A DNA stretch of 64,000 bases, from positions 1,302,001 through 1,366,000 of the forward strand of contig CP128817.1 in the NCBI GenBank assembly GCA_051546255.1, written 5' to 3'. This DNA comes from Meyerozyma guilliermondii. Taxonomy: Eukaryota. Shown one piece after another: positions 63,365 through 64,000 of this stretch. A program made the position numbers and the translations under genes. The notes beneath the pieces were generated by a model. The model was not told where the DNA came from and did not search any database. It was given only the letters and a program-made list of their open reading frames with translations. The first letter of the stretch is position 1. The number at the start of each line of letters is the position of its first letter.

Positions 63365-64000
63365 CTACTCCAATTTCTTGTTGTTGTTGGTGATACCAGG
63401 AATATCAGTTTCTCCATTCAACAACCTCTTCATGTATTCATACACGGTAAAGGTGACGGCTTGTCCTGGAGCCACTCTCATGATTCTTGGGGTGATACCC
63501 TTGTACAAGGCAGCGGTTCCCTCTTCCTTGATTAATTGGTTACCAATCTTGACGATTCTGACCAATGCTGAGTCCTTGGATGCATAGGTTGTTTTTTGCA
63601 ACCGGGTCTTGATGGTGTCTAATGGAGCATTCGATAATGGACCCAAAGCACCTGAAATCAAACCAATACCAGATGTTTCCCAAGCAGGCAACGCATCGGT
63701 TCCATGGTATTCTTGTAAACGTTCTTTCAATTTGGAATAAACAGTGAAATTGACACCTTGGTTAGTGGCTTGTCTAGCCGCAGTCAAAGACACACCACGG
63801 TACAACGTGCTGAACCCCTCTTCTTTAACGATAAGGTAGGCTGCGTGGGGTGCATTTCTGTACTTTGGAATGTCCAATGGGTCAGCCATAGAGTGATGTT
63901 GAGCTTGTAATCTAATTTTCACCACCTCCATAGGGTTGACCACCAAGACTGCTTCGGTGATACCAGCTCCCACACCAGCAAGGAATGTGTTTCCAGAGGT
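63365..64000 (-). CDS. SFC1: Mitochondrial succinate-fumarate carrier (5' part outside the window)
   Basis: NPMEVVKIRLQAQH, LTAARQATNQG, NAPLDTIKTRLQ and ITPRIMRVAPGQAVTF motifs. The frame is open to the window edge. Confidence 0.93.
   Translation of the reverse strand, partial: TSGNTFLAGVGAGITEAVLVVNPMEVVKIRLQAQHHSMADPLDIPKYRNAPHAAYLIVKEEGFSTLYRGVSLTAARQATNQGVNFTVYSKLKERLQEYHGTDALPAWETSGIGLISGALGPLSNAPLDTIKTRLQKTTYASKDSALVRIVKIGNQLIKEEGTAALYKGITPRIMRVAPGQAVTFTVYEYMKRLLNGETDIPGITNNNKKLE

Overview
Gene-dense window from a budding-yeast nuclear chromosome of the CUG-Ser (CTG) clade. In-frame CTG codons fall on conserved serine positions. A Meyerozyma/Debaryomycetaceae-like source is an inference. 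The window holds about 41 protein-coding genes, mostly housekeeping: GOT1, HUA1, PUT2, JNM1, RBG2, EFG1, SLH1, HAS1, POL31, SSD1, FOL2, HER2, MES1, PSD2, SRP101, YIP1, MSM1, YTA7, SPT4, COX18, VID30, BUD32, RNY1, SAH1, GLN3, DUG1, SDT1/PHM8, FSH3, MPD1, OST5, a UCH37-like deubiquitinase, AIM25 and partial SFC1. It also holds three tRNA genes: a tandem Asp-Gly pair and an intron-containing Ser(GCT). GOT1 and OST5 are spliced and are mis-called by the ORF track; they are reconstructed here. No transposon, CRISPR array or rRNA is visible. The best leads are: an AUG-free 779-nt region upstream of SSD1 with five Ssd1-type binding motifs; a structured ncRNA and/or microprotein candidate between MSM1 and YTA7; a probable 5'-UTR intron in a MARVEL gene; a class II eIF4E paralogue; a synteny-based Nse6/Kre29 candidate; an orphan protein with a PTS1-like end; and tRNA genes occupying Pol II promoter space. 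Gene names come from remembered sequence motifs, not from database searches.
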